Shown one piece after another: positions 1 to 9,935 of a stretch of 64,000 bases of DNA (positions within the stretch are counted from its first letter, which is position 1; each line of letters starts with the position of its first letter). The stretch spans positions 335,561-399,560 of the forward strand of contig CAVZYA010000003.1 in the NCBI GenBank assembly GCA_963779415.1. Direction: 5' to 3'. The stretch comes from an uncultured Acidobacteriota bacterium. GTDB taxonomy: Bacteria; Acidobacteriota; Thermoanaerobaculia; UBA5066. The notes under the pieces are model-generated. The model saw only the letters and a program-made list of their open reading frames with translations. It made no database searches and was not told where the DNA came from. A program made the translations under genes and the position numbers.

Positions 1-466
1 TCTCCGGCCGCGTCGGCGGGATGCCGAGCGTGACGAAAGCGTCGCTCGTCCGCGCCGTCTCGACGGCCGTCCGGAGCGCGGTGACGAACGCTTCCTCGTC
101 GCGGATTGCCTGGTCGGAAGGGAGGACGACGAGAACGGCTCCGGGCGCCTCGGCCTCGATGGCGAGCGCGGCCAATGCGATCGCCGGCGCCGTGTTCCGC
201 CGCACCGGCTCGAGGACGAGCCGCGACTCGGCGACCTCGGGAAGTTCCTTCCGGACCTGCTCCGCGTGCGACCGCCTCGCGGAGATCCAGACGTTCTCCT
301 CCCCCGCCACCCGCGCCGCCCGGCGGAACGTCTCCCGGAGGAGCGAATCGCGGCCGGCGAGCGGGAGAAAGGGCTTGGGCCTCGCATCCGTCGAGAGGGG
401 CCAGAGGCGCGTCCCGCTCCCTCCGGCGAGGATCAGGGCGTGAACGACACGGGGAGTTCCGGACAC
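1..466 (-). CDS. manC: Mannose-1-phosphate guanylyltransferase, N-terminal part (runs off the window start)
   Basis: Not in the ORF track. My translation of the minus strand gives HALILAGGSGTRLWPLS..RPKPFLPL...LEPVRRNTAPAI...VLPSDQAI...FVTLGIPPTRPE, the ManC motifs. Start is GTG 466 (alternative ATG 475). Confidence 0.9.
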   Translation of the reverse strand, partial: MSGTPRVVHALILAGGSGTRLWPLSTDARPKPFLPLAGRDSLLRETFRRAARVAGEENVWISARRSHAEQVRKELPEVAESRLVLEPVRRNTAPAIALAALAIEAEAPGAVLVVLPSDQAIRDEEAFVTALRTAVETARTSDAFVTLGIPPTRPE

Positions 467-513
467 GTCGCGCATTCTACGGGCGCGGCACGCCTTTCGC
501 CTCGCGCCGTCCT

Positions 514-1044
514 TCAGAGAAGAGCCAGGAGAGCGGCCGCGAGGACGACCGCCACGAGAAGCCCGCCGAGAATGTCGTCCGCCATGACGCCAAGGCCCCC
601 GGGGAGCGACTCGGCCTTTCCGACGGGCCCCGGCTTGACGACGTCGACGATCCGGAAGAGGAGGAAGGACGCGGCGACGAGGCTCCAGAAGAGAAAAGGG
701 GACGCCGTCCGCGCGAGCGCGTAGACGGGAAAGACCGAGATCGCCTGCCCCGCCACCTCGTCGATGACCACCTCCGAAGGATCCTCGCGCCGGAGGAGCC
801 TTGCCACCTTTCCCGAGACGACGATCCCGCCGAGAGACGCGACGACGGCAAAGACGACGAGGCCCCGAAGGCCGGCGAGGCGGAAGGACCCCTCGATGAA
901 GGGAATGGCGAGGAGACTTCCCCACGTGCCCGGCGCGACGGGGAGGAACCCCGATCCGAACCATGTGGCGAAAACCGCGGCTACGGGAGCCGTGCCGAAG
1001 ACCTCCCTCCACGTCTTCGGCGCCGCCCCTTGATTTCCGCTCAT
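514..1044 (-). CDS. pgpA: Phosphatidylglycerophosphatase A
   Basis: Motifs GSGFLPVAPGTWGS, DPSEVVIDEVAG, FRIVDVVKP and GGLGVMADD; typical position next to recA. Confidence 0.93.
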   Translation of the reverse strand: MSGNQGAAPKTWREVFGTAPVAAVFATWFGSGFLPVAPGTWGSLLAIPFIEGSFRLAGLRGLVVFAVVASLGGIVVSGKVARLLRREDPSEVVIDEVAGQAISVFPVYALARTASPFLFWSLVAASFLLFRIVDVVKPGPVGKAESLPGGLGVMADDILGGLLVAVVLAAALLALL

Positions 1045-1178
1045 GCCGGGCCTATCTTGCCCCCGTTCCTTCCGTGCCGCGCCTGCGGCGTGTCCTTTCC
1101 TCCCGCCGCCCCCCTCGGCCGAACGTCGAAACCTATAATCCGCCGTCTCTCGAAAGGAACGGGAAAGAGAGGACCTGA

Positions 1179-2264
1179 ATGGTCGAAGCCAGCAAGGAAA
1201 AGCTCAAGGCGCTCGAGCAGGCCGTCGCGCAGATCGACCGCCAGTTCGGAAAGGGAGCGCTCGTCCGTCTCGGAGACAAACCGCACGAGACGATTGCCGC
1301 CATCTCCAGCGGCTCCATCGCCGTCGACGCCGCACTCGGCATCGGCGGCGTCCCCCGGGGCCGCGTCGTCGAGGTCTTCGGCCCCGAGTCGTCGGGCAAG
1401 ACGACCCTCACCCTTCACATCATCGCCGAGGCGCAGAAGCGCGGCGGGCTCGCTGCCTTCATCGATGCCGAGCACGCGCTCGACCCCGATTACGCCAAGA
1501 AGCTCGGCGTCGACGTGGACAACCTGATGGTCTCGCAGCCGGACTCCGGCGAGCAGGCCCTCGAGATCGCCGAGGCGCTCGTCCGGTCGGCCTCCATGGA
1601 CGTCGTCGTCATCGACTCCGTGGCGGCCCTCGTCCCGAAGGCCGAGCTGGAAGGCGAGATGGGGGACGCGGTGGTCGGACTCCAGGCGCGCCTCATGTCG
1701 CAGGCGCTTCGAAAGCTCACCGCGGTCGTCTCGAAGTCGAAGACGACGCTCATCTTCATCAACCAGATCCGGGAGAAGATCGGCGTCATGTTCGGCAATC
1801 CCGAGACGACGTCGGGAGGTCGGGCGTTGAAGTTCTACTCGTCGATCCGGATCGACATCCGCCGGATCAACGCGATCAAGGACGGCGAAGAGGTCGTCGG
1901 CTCGCGGACGAAGGTGAAGATCGTCAAGAACAAGGTGGCCCCTCCCTTCAAGGTGGCCGAGTTCGACATCGGCTACGGCGAAGGGATCTCGAAGACGGGC
2001 GAGCTGATCGACCTCGGCCTCGAGCAGAAGATCGTCGAGAAGTCGGGGGCCTGGTTCAGCTACGGCGACCTCCGGATCGGGCAGGGGCGGGAGAACTCCA
2101 AGCAGTTCTTCCGCGACAACCCGGACATCGCCGCGGAGGTCGAGAAGAAGATCCGCGAACGGCTCGGCCTCCCGACCGGCGACGTCGTCGCCGGTCCCGC
2201 GCCCGCCCCTTTGCCAGCCCCGACGCCGCACCCGAAGTCGTCCTTCCCGGATCGGAAAAAGTAG
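1179..2264 (+). CDS. recA: Recombinase A
   Basis: [40 protein letters not shown] and [10 protein letters not shown]; SD-like GAGGA upstream. Confidence 0.99.
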   Translation: MVEASKEKLKALEQAVAQIDRQFGKGALVRLGDKPHETIAAISSGSIAVDAALGIGGVPRGRVVEVFGPESSGKTTLTLHIIAEAQKRGGLAAFIDAEHALDPDYAKKLGVDVDNLMVSQPDSGEQALEIAEALVRSASMDVVVIDSVAALVPKAELEGEMGDAVVGLQARLMSQALRKLTAVVSKSKTTLIFINQIREKIGVMFGNPETTSGGRALKFYSSIRIDIRRINAIKDGEEVVGSRTKVKIVKNKVAPPFKVAEFDIGYGEGISKTGELIDLGLEQKIVEKSGAWFSYGDLRIGQGRENSKQFFRDNPDIAAEVEKKIRERLGLPTGDVVAGPAPAPLPAPTPHPKSSFPDRKK

Positions 2265-2265
2265 C

Positions 2266-5244
2266 GTGCGGAGGGCCCGGCCCCTGGGCCTCGCCCTCCT
2301 GCTCGCGTTGCTCGGCGGAGCGGGCGCCGCGGCCGGCGACGAGCCGGCGCCGTTCGCCACGGCGTGGATCGTCGTCTCCCCGGGCGACCCGAGAATCACG
2401 GCGCTCCAGAAGGCGCCACCGTTGCCCCTCTCGCCGAACGCTCCGGGCCTCCTACTCGAGGTGCCGGCGACCAGCTTCGGTGATGCCGGGTCCGTGGAGT
2501 CGGCGCGCCGCCTCGTCTCGTTCGCGCATCGTTCGGGATGGAGGTCCGGCCTAGCGCTCGACCTTCCCGACACGGCCGTCCCGACGGACCCGCGCGCCGC
2601 CGAAGCCTCGACGCCGGAGACGCTCTATCCCGGTCTCGGGACGCTCCTTGCGGCTTCTGCCGGAGCGGACCTCTTCGTCCTCGGCTTTCCGGCGCTCGAA
2701 GAGAAGTCCCTCCCGGCCCGGCGCTTCGTCCTCCGGAAGGTTGCCTCGTCGATACGAGCGGCAAGTCGCTCTTCCCGAGTGGACCTCCTCGTCGATGCGC
2801 TTTCCGGCGCGCCGCCCTTCTCGATCGCCGCCCGCGAGTTTCTCACCGAGGATGTCGCTGCCTACGTGGACCTCTTCGGCCTCCGCGCGCAGGCGCCTCT
2901 TCCCTCGCCTTCGGCCCTCAGGGCCGCCGCCGACACGGTCGGAGAAGGCCGTCCGCTCCTCCTCGTCGTACCGGATCAGGCCGACGCGGCGTCACTTCTC
3001 GACCTCGTCGGCCGCTATGCGCCGGCGGGAGTCCCGGCCCTCGCGGCTCGGCTCCGGCCGGACGGGGGCGACGACACCGCTCTCCTCCGGTTCGGGCGGC
3101 TTCTCGCGGGGGACTTCGGCCCCGACGCGCGGGGCGCCTCCGTCTGGACCGTCGGCGAATCACCCCTCGCGGCCTACCGGTTTCTCGCGAAGGCCGATCT
3201 CGGGGGTGTCGTCCTCGTTCCCGGGATCGGCGCCGACGGAGGACCGTTCCGCGGCGAGATCCTCGTGACGCTCGACGCCGACACGTACTCCGCCTTCGAG
3301 GTGACGGAGCTTTCGACCGGCCGGAGCGGTCGCTTCGCGATCCCGCCGATGAAGGGTCCGCCGACGCTCACCCTCTCGACGGTCTCGGGGCCGCTGGCCG
3401 TCGTCCTCGTCGCGCGCAAGCTTCCTCCGGCCGAGCATCACCGCGCCTCGGAGGAGGCGACGGCGTCCCGGGGGATCACGGTCGAGGAGATTCTCGCCCG
3501 CCATCAGGCCTGGCGCGCCGCCCGCGACGCCCGCTGGAAACGCCTCCAGGCTCGGAACACGACCTCCTACCGGATCCGCCTCGTCGGGCTGAACGAGTCC
3601 GCGGATCTGACGGTTTCCGGGGCCTTCTTCTTCGAACCCGGAAAGGGGTACGACTGGGTCTGGGAGGAGGCCTTCTTCAACGGAGTCCGGTGGCCGGGAA
3701 AGACCGTCCCGAAGCTCCCTCTCCTCCAGCCCGAGAAGGTCTCGGAGCTGCCGCTCGCCCTCACGTTCAACGATGCCTACCGGTACCGCCTCGACGGGGA
3801 GGAGGTCGTCGGCGGCATTCCCTGCTGGCGCCTCGCCTTCGAGCCGGTCGCGGAGTTCTCGGACCAGCCGATTTTTTCCGGAGACGTCTTCATCTCGCGC
3901 CAGGACTTCTCCGTCATCCGCGTCCGGTCGCGGCAGATGAACCTGAAGGGAGACGTCCAGGCGGCGGACGAGACGACCGACTTCGAGATCGTCGCGCCCG
4001 CAAGCGGCGGCCCCGCGATGCGCTTCCCCGTCCATGTGAAGGGATACACCGTCTTCCGGACCTTCTCGCGCACGACGACGATCGAGCGCGAGACGAAGCT
4101 CACAGAGGTCCTCCTCGATCCGCCATCTTTCGCGGAGACAAAGGCGGCGGCCCTCGCCTCCAACGCGGTCATGGTGCGGGACACCGAAGCGGGGGTCCGG
4201 TACCTCGAGAAGACGAAGGAGGGCGAGCGGCGTCCGGCCATGAAAGCGAAATCGAGCCAGCTCTTCGGCCTCGCCGGCGTCCTCGTGGACAAGGCCTACT
4301 CGACGCCGCTCCCTCTCCTCGGCGTCTACTACGTCGACCTCGACACCAACCGGGCGGGAGACCAGACCCAGGTCGTCTTCGGGGGGGTCCTCCTGGCCGG
4401 CTCCTTCAACCGGCTGGACCTCTTCGGGACGAAGCTGGAGGCGGGTGCGGACGTCTTCGGCATCGCCATCCGCGCGAACAACACCGTCTGGGCCGACGGC
4501 GCGAGGGTCGACGCCGAAACCGTGGGGACGCGCTCCTTCGGGGTCAACCTGAACCTCGCCTATCCGATCCTTCCTCATCTGAAGGTGGCGTTCACCCTGG
4601 GTGGCGGACACCGGGACTTCGGCGCGACGTCCACCACCGCGCCGGACTTCGCCATTCCCGTCGATCACTGGCTCTACAGCCTCGAAGGTCGCATGACGTT
4701 CGACGCGGGCGGCTACAACCTCACCGGAACCTACGGCTGGAATCGACGGTCGCGATGGGAGCCGTGGGGATATGCGGGAAACCCCGACTATTCCCCGGAC
4801 CGCGACCGATTCCAGACGTGGAGCACGACCCTCGCGAAGGACTTCTACTTCCCGAGCTTCACCTACCTCACCGCTTCCGGGTCCTGGATGGGCACGGCGA
4901 ACGCCGACCGCTTCTCGAAGATCACGACCGGGGAGTTCGGCCGCACCTTCCTGATCGGATTTTCCTCGGGGAGCCTTCGCGTCGAGCAGGCCCTCAGCCT
5001 CCAGAGTTCCTTCGGCGTCTCGATCGGGACCCTTTTCCGCCTCGCGGTCGAATACGACGAGGCCTGGGTCTGGGACGTGCCGTCGGGCTATTCCGGGACG
5101 AGCTTCGCGGGCGCCGGGATCATCGGCAGCCTCCCCGGGCCCTGGTCGACGCTCCTCCGGTTCACGGTCGGAACTCCCGTCATCGGGCGCGACAAGGGGT
5201 ATGGCGGGGTCACGGCGGCCGTGAACGTCCTCGTGATCTTCTGA
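2266..5244 (+). CDS. Large secreted/outer-membrane protein of unknown function (signal peptide, probable C-terminal beta-barrel)
   Basis: 992-aa ORF with host-like codon usage, an N-terminal signal peptide, and an aromatic amphipathic beta-strand pattern in the C-terminal ~330 aa ending in Phe (VNVLVIF). Confidence 0.75.
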   Translation: MRRARPLGLALLLALLGGAGAAAGDEPAPFATAWIVVSPGDPRITALQKAPPLPLSPNAPGLLLEVPATSFGDAGSVESARRLVSFAHRSGWRSGLALDLPDTAVPTDPRAAEASTPETLYPGLGTLLAASAGADLFVLGFPALEEKSLPARRFVLRKVASSIRAASRSSRVDLLVDALSGAPPFSIAAREFLTEDVAAYVDLFGLRAQAPLPSPSALRAAADTVGEGRPLLLVVPDQADAASLLDLVGRYAPAGVPALAARLRPDGGDDTALLRFGRLLAGDFGPDARGASVWTVGESPLAAYRFLAKADLGGVVLVPGIGADGGPFRGEILVTLDADTYSAFEVTELSTGRSGRFAIPPMKGPPTLTLSTVSGPLAVVLVARKLPPAEHHRASEEATASRGITVEEILARHQAWRAARDARWKRLQARNTTSYRIRLVGLNESADLTVSGAFFFEPGKGYDWVWEEAFFNGVRWPGKTVPKLPLLQPEKVSELPLALTFNDAYRYRLDGEEVVGGIPCWRLAFEPVAEFSDQPIFSGDVFISRQDFSVIRVRSRQMNLKGDVQAADETTDFEIVAPASGGPAMRFPVHVKGYTVFRTFSRTTTIERETKLTEVLLDPPSFAETKAAALASNAVMVRDTEAGVRYLEKTKEGERRPAMKAKSSQLFGLAGVLVDKAYSTPLPLLGVYYVDLDTNRAGDQTQVVFGGVLLAGSFNRLDLFGTKLEAGADVFGIAIRANNTVWADGARVDAETVGTRSFGVNLNLAYPILPHLKVAFTLGGGHRDFGATSTTAPDFAIPVDHWLYSLEGRMTFDAGGYNLTGTYGWNRRSRWEPWGYAGNPDYSPDRDRFQTWSTTLAKDFYFPSFTYLTASGSWMGTANADRFSKITTGEFGRTFLIGFSSGSLRVEQALSLQSSFGVSIGTLFRLAVEYDEAWVWDVPSGYSGTSFAGAGIIGSLPGPWSTLLRFTVGTPVIGRDKGYGGVTAAVNVLVIF

Positions 5245-5266
5245 CACCCCCTAGAATCCCTTTTCG

Positions 5267-5875
5267 ATGGGAGCCTCCCTCGCCGTCGCGCTCTTCCTCC
5301 TCGCCTCCCCCGCTCCACGGGACGGCTGGCCGCTGGCCGCCGAGCTGCTCGTCGGCGCCGACGCCGCCGCTCTCGCTCCCCCCGACTTCAAGCGCCAGAT
5401 CGTCAGACACCGTGATCGGCTGATGGCAGGAATCCGGGATGCCGCCGGGGCCGACTCCGGAGGAAACGACGCGGCAACACACCGGGCGGCGGCCGCACGG
5501 CTGGCCCGGAAGATGGCTGCCGCCATCCGCGGCCGGACCCCCTTCGAAGACGTCGCCTTCATGTCGGGCGGCCTCGTCCACGAAGCGGCCGAGGCGGCGC
5601 GCCTCTCGGGCGGCGCCGATGCCGGTGAGCTCGCGCGCGCCTCGAAGAGGGCGCGCTTCCTCGGCTACTCCGCCCCCCCGTTCGCCGATCCCGAGGCCCT
5701 CGCGGCCAGCGTCCCGCTCTCTCCCGGCGCGACGCCCACGGCCGTCTACGACGCCGCCGTGACCGTCTCGACGCGTCTCTTCGCCTGGGTCTGGAAGAGC
5801 GCCGGCGGAGATGCCTCGATCGTGACGAAGTACCCCGGATCGGGGGGCCCTTACCCTCTCCGGGATTCCCCGTAG
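5267..5875 (+). CDS. Secreted hypothetical protein, weakly Zn-dependent phospholipase C / S1-P1 nuclease-like
   Basis: Signal peptide followed by Trp; all-helical pattern; GGLVHEAAE resembles G..H..xD. Family assignment is weak. Confidence 0.55.
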   Translation: MGASLAVALFLLASPAPRDGWPLAAELLVGADAAALAPPDFKRQIVRHRDRLMAGIRDAAGADSGGNDAATHRAAAARLARKMAAAIRGRTPFEDVAFMSGGLVHEAAEAARLSGGADAGELARASKRARFLGYSAPPFADPEALAASVPLSPGATPTAVYDAAVTVSTRLFAWVWKSAGGDASIVTKYPGSGGPYPLRDSP

Positions 5876-5887
5876 AATCCGCCCGCC

Positions 5888-7432
5888 GTGAAGAACAGAC
5901 GCCGCGCCCTCCTCTCCGTTTCCGACCGCACCGGTCTCCTCGAATTCGCGCGGGGGCTCGCGGCTCTCGGCTTCGAGATCGTCTCCACCGGAGGAACCGC
6001 CGCCGCCCTCGCGGAGGGGGGGCTCGGCGTCACGCCCGTCTCGGACCTGACATCTTTTCCCGAACTCTTCGGCGGGCGGGTCAAGACCCTCCATCCGAAG
6101 GTCTTCGGAGGAATCCTCTACGACCGCTCGTCACCACGCGACGCCGCCGAAGCCGCGACCAACGAGGTCGGACCGATCGACGTCGTCGCCGTGAACCTCT
6201 ATCCCTTCGAGCAGACGATCGCCTCCGGCACCGCAACGTTCGCCGAGGCGATCGAGAAGATCGACATCGGCGGGCCGTCGCTCCTTCGTGCCGCAGCCAA
6301 GAACCATGCGCACGTTGCCGTGGTCTGCGATCCGGCGGACTACCCTTCGGTCCTCGAGGAGCTGCGCGCCGGCGGGGCCGTCACGGGCGCCACGCGGTGC
6401 CGGCTCGCGGCGAAGGTCTTCCGGCGGACCGCCGCCTACGACGCCGCGATCGCGCGATGGTTCTCCCGCGAGGCGGGGGCGGGCGACTTCCCGGAGCGCC
6501 TGACGCCCTCGTTCGCGCTCGTCTCCAGGCTTCGTTACGGGGAAAACCCGCACCAGAGAGGCGCGCTCTACGCCGATCCGGCGGCCTCTCCGGCCGCGCT
6601 CGCCCGGGCCCGGGTGCTCCAGGGGAAGGAGCTTTCGTACAACAACTTCCTCGACGCCGACGCCGCGCTCTTCGCGGCGCGCACTCTCGGCGCCGGAGGC
6701 CTCGCGATCATCAAGCACCGGATACCCTCCGGCGCCGCCATCGCCCCGACCCTCGCGGAGGCCTTCGCGGCGGCCTGGGAGTCGGACCCCATCGCGGGCT
6801 TCGGAGGGGTCGTGGCATACGCCGGCGTTCTCGACGCCGAGGGAGCCGCCGCGCTCACTTCCCGATTCCTCGAGGTCGTCGTCGTCCACGCCGTGACCGA
6901 GGACGCGAAGCCCTTCCTCGCGAAGAAGCCGAACCTCCGGATCCTCACCGTGGCGCCGGAGAGCGGGCCCCGGCCGCGCCTCGAGATGCGCGGCGTCGAC
7001 GGCGGCCTCCTCGTCGAGGACGGAGATCTCGGCCCCGACGACGAGGGTGCCTGGAAGGTCGTGACGAAGCGCGCCCCGACGGAAGCCGAGCGGGCCGCGC
7101 TCCGCTTCGCCTTCAAGGTCGTCCGGGCGGTCGTCTCGAATGCGATCGTCGTCGCCGGTCCCTCCGCGACTTACGGAATCGGCGGCGGACGGACGAGCCG
7201 CGTCGACGCCTGCCGCGACGCCGTGGAAAAGGCCGGCGCCCGCGCCCGGGGGGCCGTCGCCGCGTCGGACGCCTTCTTTCCGTTCCCCGACGGCCCCGAG
7301 GTCCTCGCGGGCGCGGGGGTGACCGCGATCATTCAGCCGGGAGGCTCGGTCCGGGACGCCGAGGCCGTCGCGGCAGCCGATGCCGCAGGCGTCGCCATGC
7401 TCTTCACGGGCACGCGGCACTTCCGCCATTGA
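5888..7432 (+). CDS. purH: Bifunctional AICAR transformylase / IMP cyclohydrolase
   Basis: RALLSVSD, GGRVKTLHPK, IDIGGPSLLRAAAKN, LRYGENPHQ, SDAFFPF and TGTRHFRH. Confidence 0.98.
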   Translation: MKNRRRALLSVSDRTGLLEFARGLAALGFEIVSTGGTAAALAEGGLGVTPVSDLTSFPELFGGRVKTLHPKVFGGILYDRSSPRDAAEAATNEVGPIDVVAVNLYPFEQTIASGTATFAEAIEKIDIGGPSLLRAAAKNHAHVAVVCDPADYPSVLEELRAGGAVTGATRCRLAAKVFRRTAAYDAAIARWFSREAGAGDFPERLTPSFALVSRLRYGENPHQRGALYADPAASPAALARARVLQGKELSYNNFLDADAALFAARTLGAGGLAIIKHRIPSGAAIAPTLAEAFAAAWESDPIAGFGGVVAYAGVLDAEGAAALTSRFLEVVVVHAVTEDAKPFLAKKPNLRILTVAPESGPRPRLEMRGVDGGLLVEDGDLGPDDEGAWKVVTKRAPTEAERAALRFAFKVVRAVVSNAIVVAGPSATYGIGGGRTSRVDACRDAVEKAGARARGAVAASDAFFPFPDGPEVLAGAGVTAIIQPGGSVRDAEAVAAADAAGVAMLFTGTRHFRH

Positions 7433-8037
7433 GGCTCGCGCTTCTTCTCCCCTTTCTTCTCGCGGCGGCCGATCCGGCCTCGGTTCTTTCGGCCGTCCGG
7501 AAGGCCTACACGGCGAGCGCGTCCTCGACCTCGAAGTTCGTCGAGACGTACGCGCCCGCGGGGTTTCCGGCCGCGGCTCCCGAGGCGGGACGCGTGACGC
7601 TTCAGGCCCCGGACCAGGTCCGGTTCGACTACGACGGGCCGGAGGGAAAGCTCTTCACGTTCGACGGGAAAGCCGCGCGCCAGTACGTCGCGGCCGACAA
7701 CCAGATGATCGTCAAGACGCTCCGCCCCGAGGAGCGCGAGAGGCTTCCGCTCCTCTTTCTCGAGTCGCCCGAGACGGTCCTCCGGCGCTATACGGTCACG
7801 GCGAGCGACTCGGGGGGAGGGCTCGTCGAGCTGACGCTCCGCCCGAGGGCCGGGAGCGAGCCGTCCCGGATCCTCCTCGACGTCGACGCGTCCGGAGAGG
7901 TGAAGCGTCTCGTCGTCACGGACGCCGCCGGCAACCGGACGACGTTCGACTTCTCGGACAAGGAGGCCGGCCCGCGCCGGCCCGCTTCCGACTTCACGCT
8001 GAGTCCTCCGGCCGGGACGAAAGTCCTCGCGGACTGA
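7429..8037 (+). CDS. lolA: Outer-membrane lipoprotein carrier protein, LolA family
   Basis: 3' part of ORF 6397..8037. TTG start overlaps the purH stop. Signal peptide, then GRVTLQAPDQVRFDY..P...FTFDGK and a C-terminal F...PPAG typical of LolA. Confidence 0.8.
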   Translation: MRLALLLPFLLAAADPASVLSAVRKAYTASASSTSKFVETYAPAGFPAAAPEAGRVTLQAPDQVRFDYDGPEGKLFTFDGKAARQYVAADNQMIVKTLRPEERERLPLLFLESPETVLRRYTVTASDSGGGLVELTLRPRAGSEPSRILLDVDASGEVKRLVVTDAAGNRTTFDFSDKEAGPRRPASDFTLSPPAGTKVLAD

Positions 8038-8055
8038 AAGGAGTGAGGACGAATC

Positions 8056-8547
8056 ATGGGTGACCCGAGCTTCGACGTCGTCTCCGAGGTAAACCTCCCG
8101 GAAGTCGCCAATGCGGTCGCCCAGGCCCAGAAGGAAATCGGCCAGCGCTTCGACCTCAAAGCGACCGCCGCCGGCCTCACGCTAGCCGCCACCGAGCTGA
8201 CGCTCGCGGCGAACGACGAGTTCGGCCTCAAGGCCGTGAACGACGTTCTCCAGGCGAAGCTCGTCAAGCGCTCGGTTCCCCTGAAAGCTCTCGACTACGG
8301 CGCCGTCGAGCCTGCGGCGAAGGGAACCGTACGGCAGGTCGTCACGATCCGTCAGGGGATCGCGATCGAGAAGGCCCGGGAGATCGTCAAGGCGATCAAG
8401 GACGCGAAGCTCAAGGTTCAGGTGTCGATCCAGGGGGACCAGGTGCGCGTCACGGGGAAGAAGAAGGACGACCTCCAGTCCGTCATCGCCCTCCTCCGGG
8501 CCGCGGATTTCCGCATTCCCCTCCAGTTCACGAACTACCGGGGCTGA
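8056..8547 (+). CDS. yajQ: YajQ family nucleotide/c-di-GMP-binding protein
   Basis: PSFDVVSEV, RFDLK, IQGDQVRVTGKKKDDLQ and PLQFTNYR. Confidence 0.96.
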   Translation: MGDPSFDVVSEVNLPEVANAVAQAQKEIGQRFDLKATAAGLTLAATELTLAANDEFGLKAVNDVLQAKLVKRSVPLKALDYGAVEPAAKGTVRQVVTIRQGIAIEKAREIVKAIKDAKLKVQVSIQGDQVRVTGKKKDDLQSVIALLRAADFRIPLQFTNYRG

Positions 8548-8635
8548 GCGTCCGCCCCGCGACATCCCTCCTCCCCGGGCCGTCGTCGTCGGTGCGGGAA
8601 AAGGAGGCGCTCGCGATAAGATCGCCGCCGGATCG

Positions 8636-9694
8636 ATGAAGCCGAGCACTCTGAAGGAGCGCCTTCTCACCGCCACTCTCCCGGCCGAGGAGCGTGAGAA
8701 CGGCCGACGGCTCCTCCGGGCACTCGAGCCGATCCGTTCGAAGCTGGACCAGGTGGAGGCGGAGCTGGCTCAGCGCAGCCGTTCCCCGATCCCGACGATC
8801 TCGCTCATCGGGGACTACCTCGTCGAGGGGGGCGGCAAACGGATCCGGCCGTCGCTCCTCCTCCTCGCCTCCCGGCTCCTCGGCTACGACGGGGAGCGCG
8901 ACGTCCGTTACGCGGCCGTCATCGAGTTCATCCACACGGCGACCCTCGTCCACGACGACATCATCGACGACGCGGAGACGCGCCGCGGCCGTGCCAGCGT
9001 GAACCGGCGCTGGGGAAACGAGCTGACGGTCCTCTTCGGCGACTACCTCTATATGAAGTCGATGGAGATCTCCCTCGAGGAAGGGGACCTCCGGGTCCTT
9101 CAGCTCCTCTCGCGTGTGACGCTCGAGATGACCGAGGGGGAGATCATCGCGTCGGAGAGGCGGGGGCTCCTCGAGCTGACGCTCGACGGCTACCTCGACA
9201 TCGTCCGGCGAAAGACGGCTCTGCTCTTCGCGGCGTCGTGCCGGATCCCGGCGTTCCTCGTCGACACCTTCCACGGAGAGCCGGCGGAAGCGTGGGGCGA
9301 GCGCCTCTGGGAGTTCGGTCTCTCCCTCGGAATCGCCTTCCAGCTCCAGGACGACCTCCTCGACTACACGGCGACGGAAGAGGAGCTGGGCAAGCCGGTC
9401 CTTTCCGACCTTCGTGAGGGAAAGCTGACCCTTCCCCTCATCCTGAGCCTCGAGGACGCCACCTGGGCCGAGCGGAAGCAGATCGAGACCGTCGTGGCCG
9501 AGGGACGCTTTCTCTCCGTCTCCCCGGGGGAGATCCTCGCGATCGTCGAACGGCTGGGGGCGGTCGAGCGGGCGCGCCGGATGGTCGATGACTACGCAGA
9601 GCGCGCCCGCCGCATCGCCGAAGCGTTTCCCGATTCCCCCTCTCGGGACGGGCTCCTTCTGGCGGCCGATTTCGCGGCCCACCGCCGTAAATAG
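8636..9694 (+). CDS. Polyprenyl diphosphate synthase (IspB/HepT-like)
   Basis: GGKRIRP, FARM motif HTATLVHDDIID, SARM motif FQLQDDLLD and GKPVLSDLREGKLT. Confidence 0.95.
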   Translation: MKPSTLKERLLTATLPAEERENGRRLLRALEPIRSKLDQVEAELAQRSRSPIPTISLIGDYLVEGGGKRIRPSLLLLASRLLGYDGERDVRYAAVIEFIHTATLVHDDIIDDAETRRGRASVNRRWGNELTVLFGDYLYMKSMEISLEEGDLRVLQLLSRVTLEMTEGEIIASERRGLLELTLDGYLDIVRRKTALLFAASCRIPAFLVDTFHGEPAEAWGERLWEFGLSLGIAFQLQDDLLDYTATEEELGKPVLSDLREGKLTLPLILSLEDATWAERKQIETVVAEGRFLSVSPGEILAIVERLGAVERARRMVDDYAERARRIAEAFPDSPSRDGLLLAADFAAHRRK

Positions 9695-9815
9695 CTGCCC
9701 GCGAAGCAGATCCGCTGATCCACCTTATTCCTAATTTCCTTAGGCCAATGGCGGGAGTATCCCCTTATGTTTTCTGGCAGGCACGGCATTCGACCAGAAT
9801 CTGACGTAAGAAGTT

Positions 9816-9846
9816 AGGGCCATCGTCGCTATGGCCTTTTATTTTT
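9816..9846 (+). terminator. Probable intrinsic terminator
   Basis: agggccat-cgtcgct-atggcctt hairpin followed by ttattttt. Confidence 0.6.
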
Positions 9847-9856
9847 CGGATTTCTC

Positions 9857-9885
9857 TTGATTTTCACAGCTCATGGGAATAACTT
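9857..9885 (+). promoter_or_regulatory. Sigma-70-type promoter for the small TPR gene
   Basis: TTGATT (9857-9862), 17-nt spacer, TAACTT (9880-9885) in an AT-rich intergenic region. Confidence 0.6.
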
Positions 9886-9935
9886 CTCCACAGCCCCTGA
9901 TGGTCGAATAGAACGCAACGCCGAACGGAGAGGGA

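Noticed and set aside
1045-1178. LexA/SOS box upstream of recA
   Set aside because: TATAAT is present at 1134-1139, but I found no convincing CTGT-N8-ACAG, GAAC-N4-GTTC or GTTC-N7-GTTC match.
9748-9775. dif-like site (…atcccc-ttatgttttct)
   Set aside because: Only TTATGTT of the XerD arm matches; the XerC arm lacks the inner ATAA.
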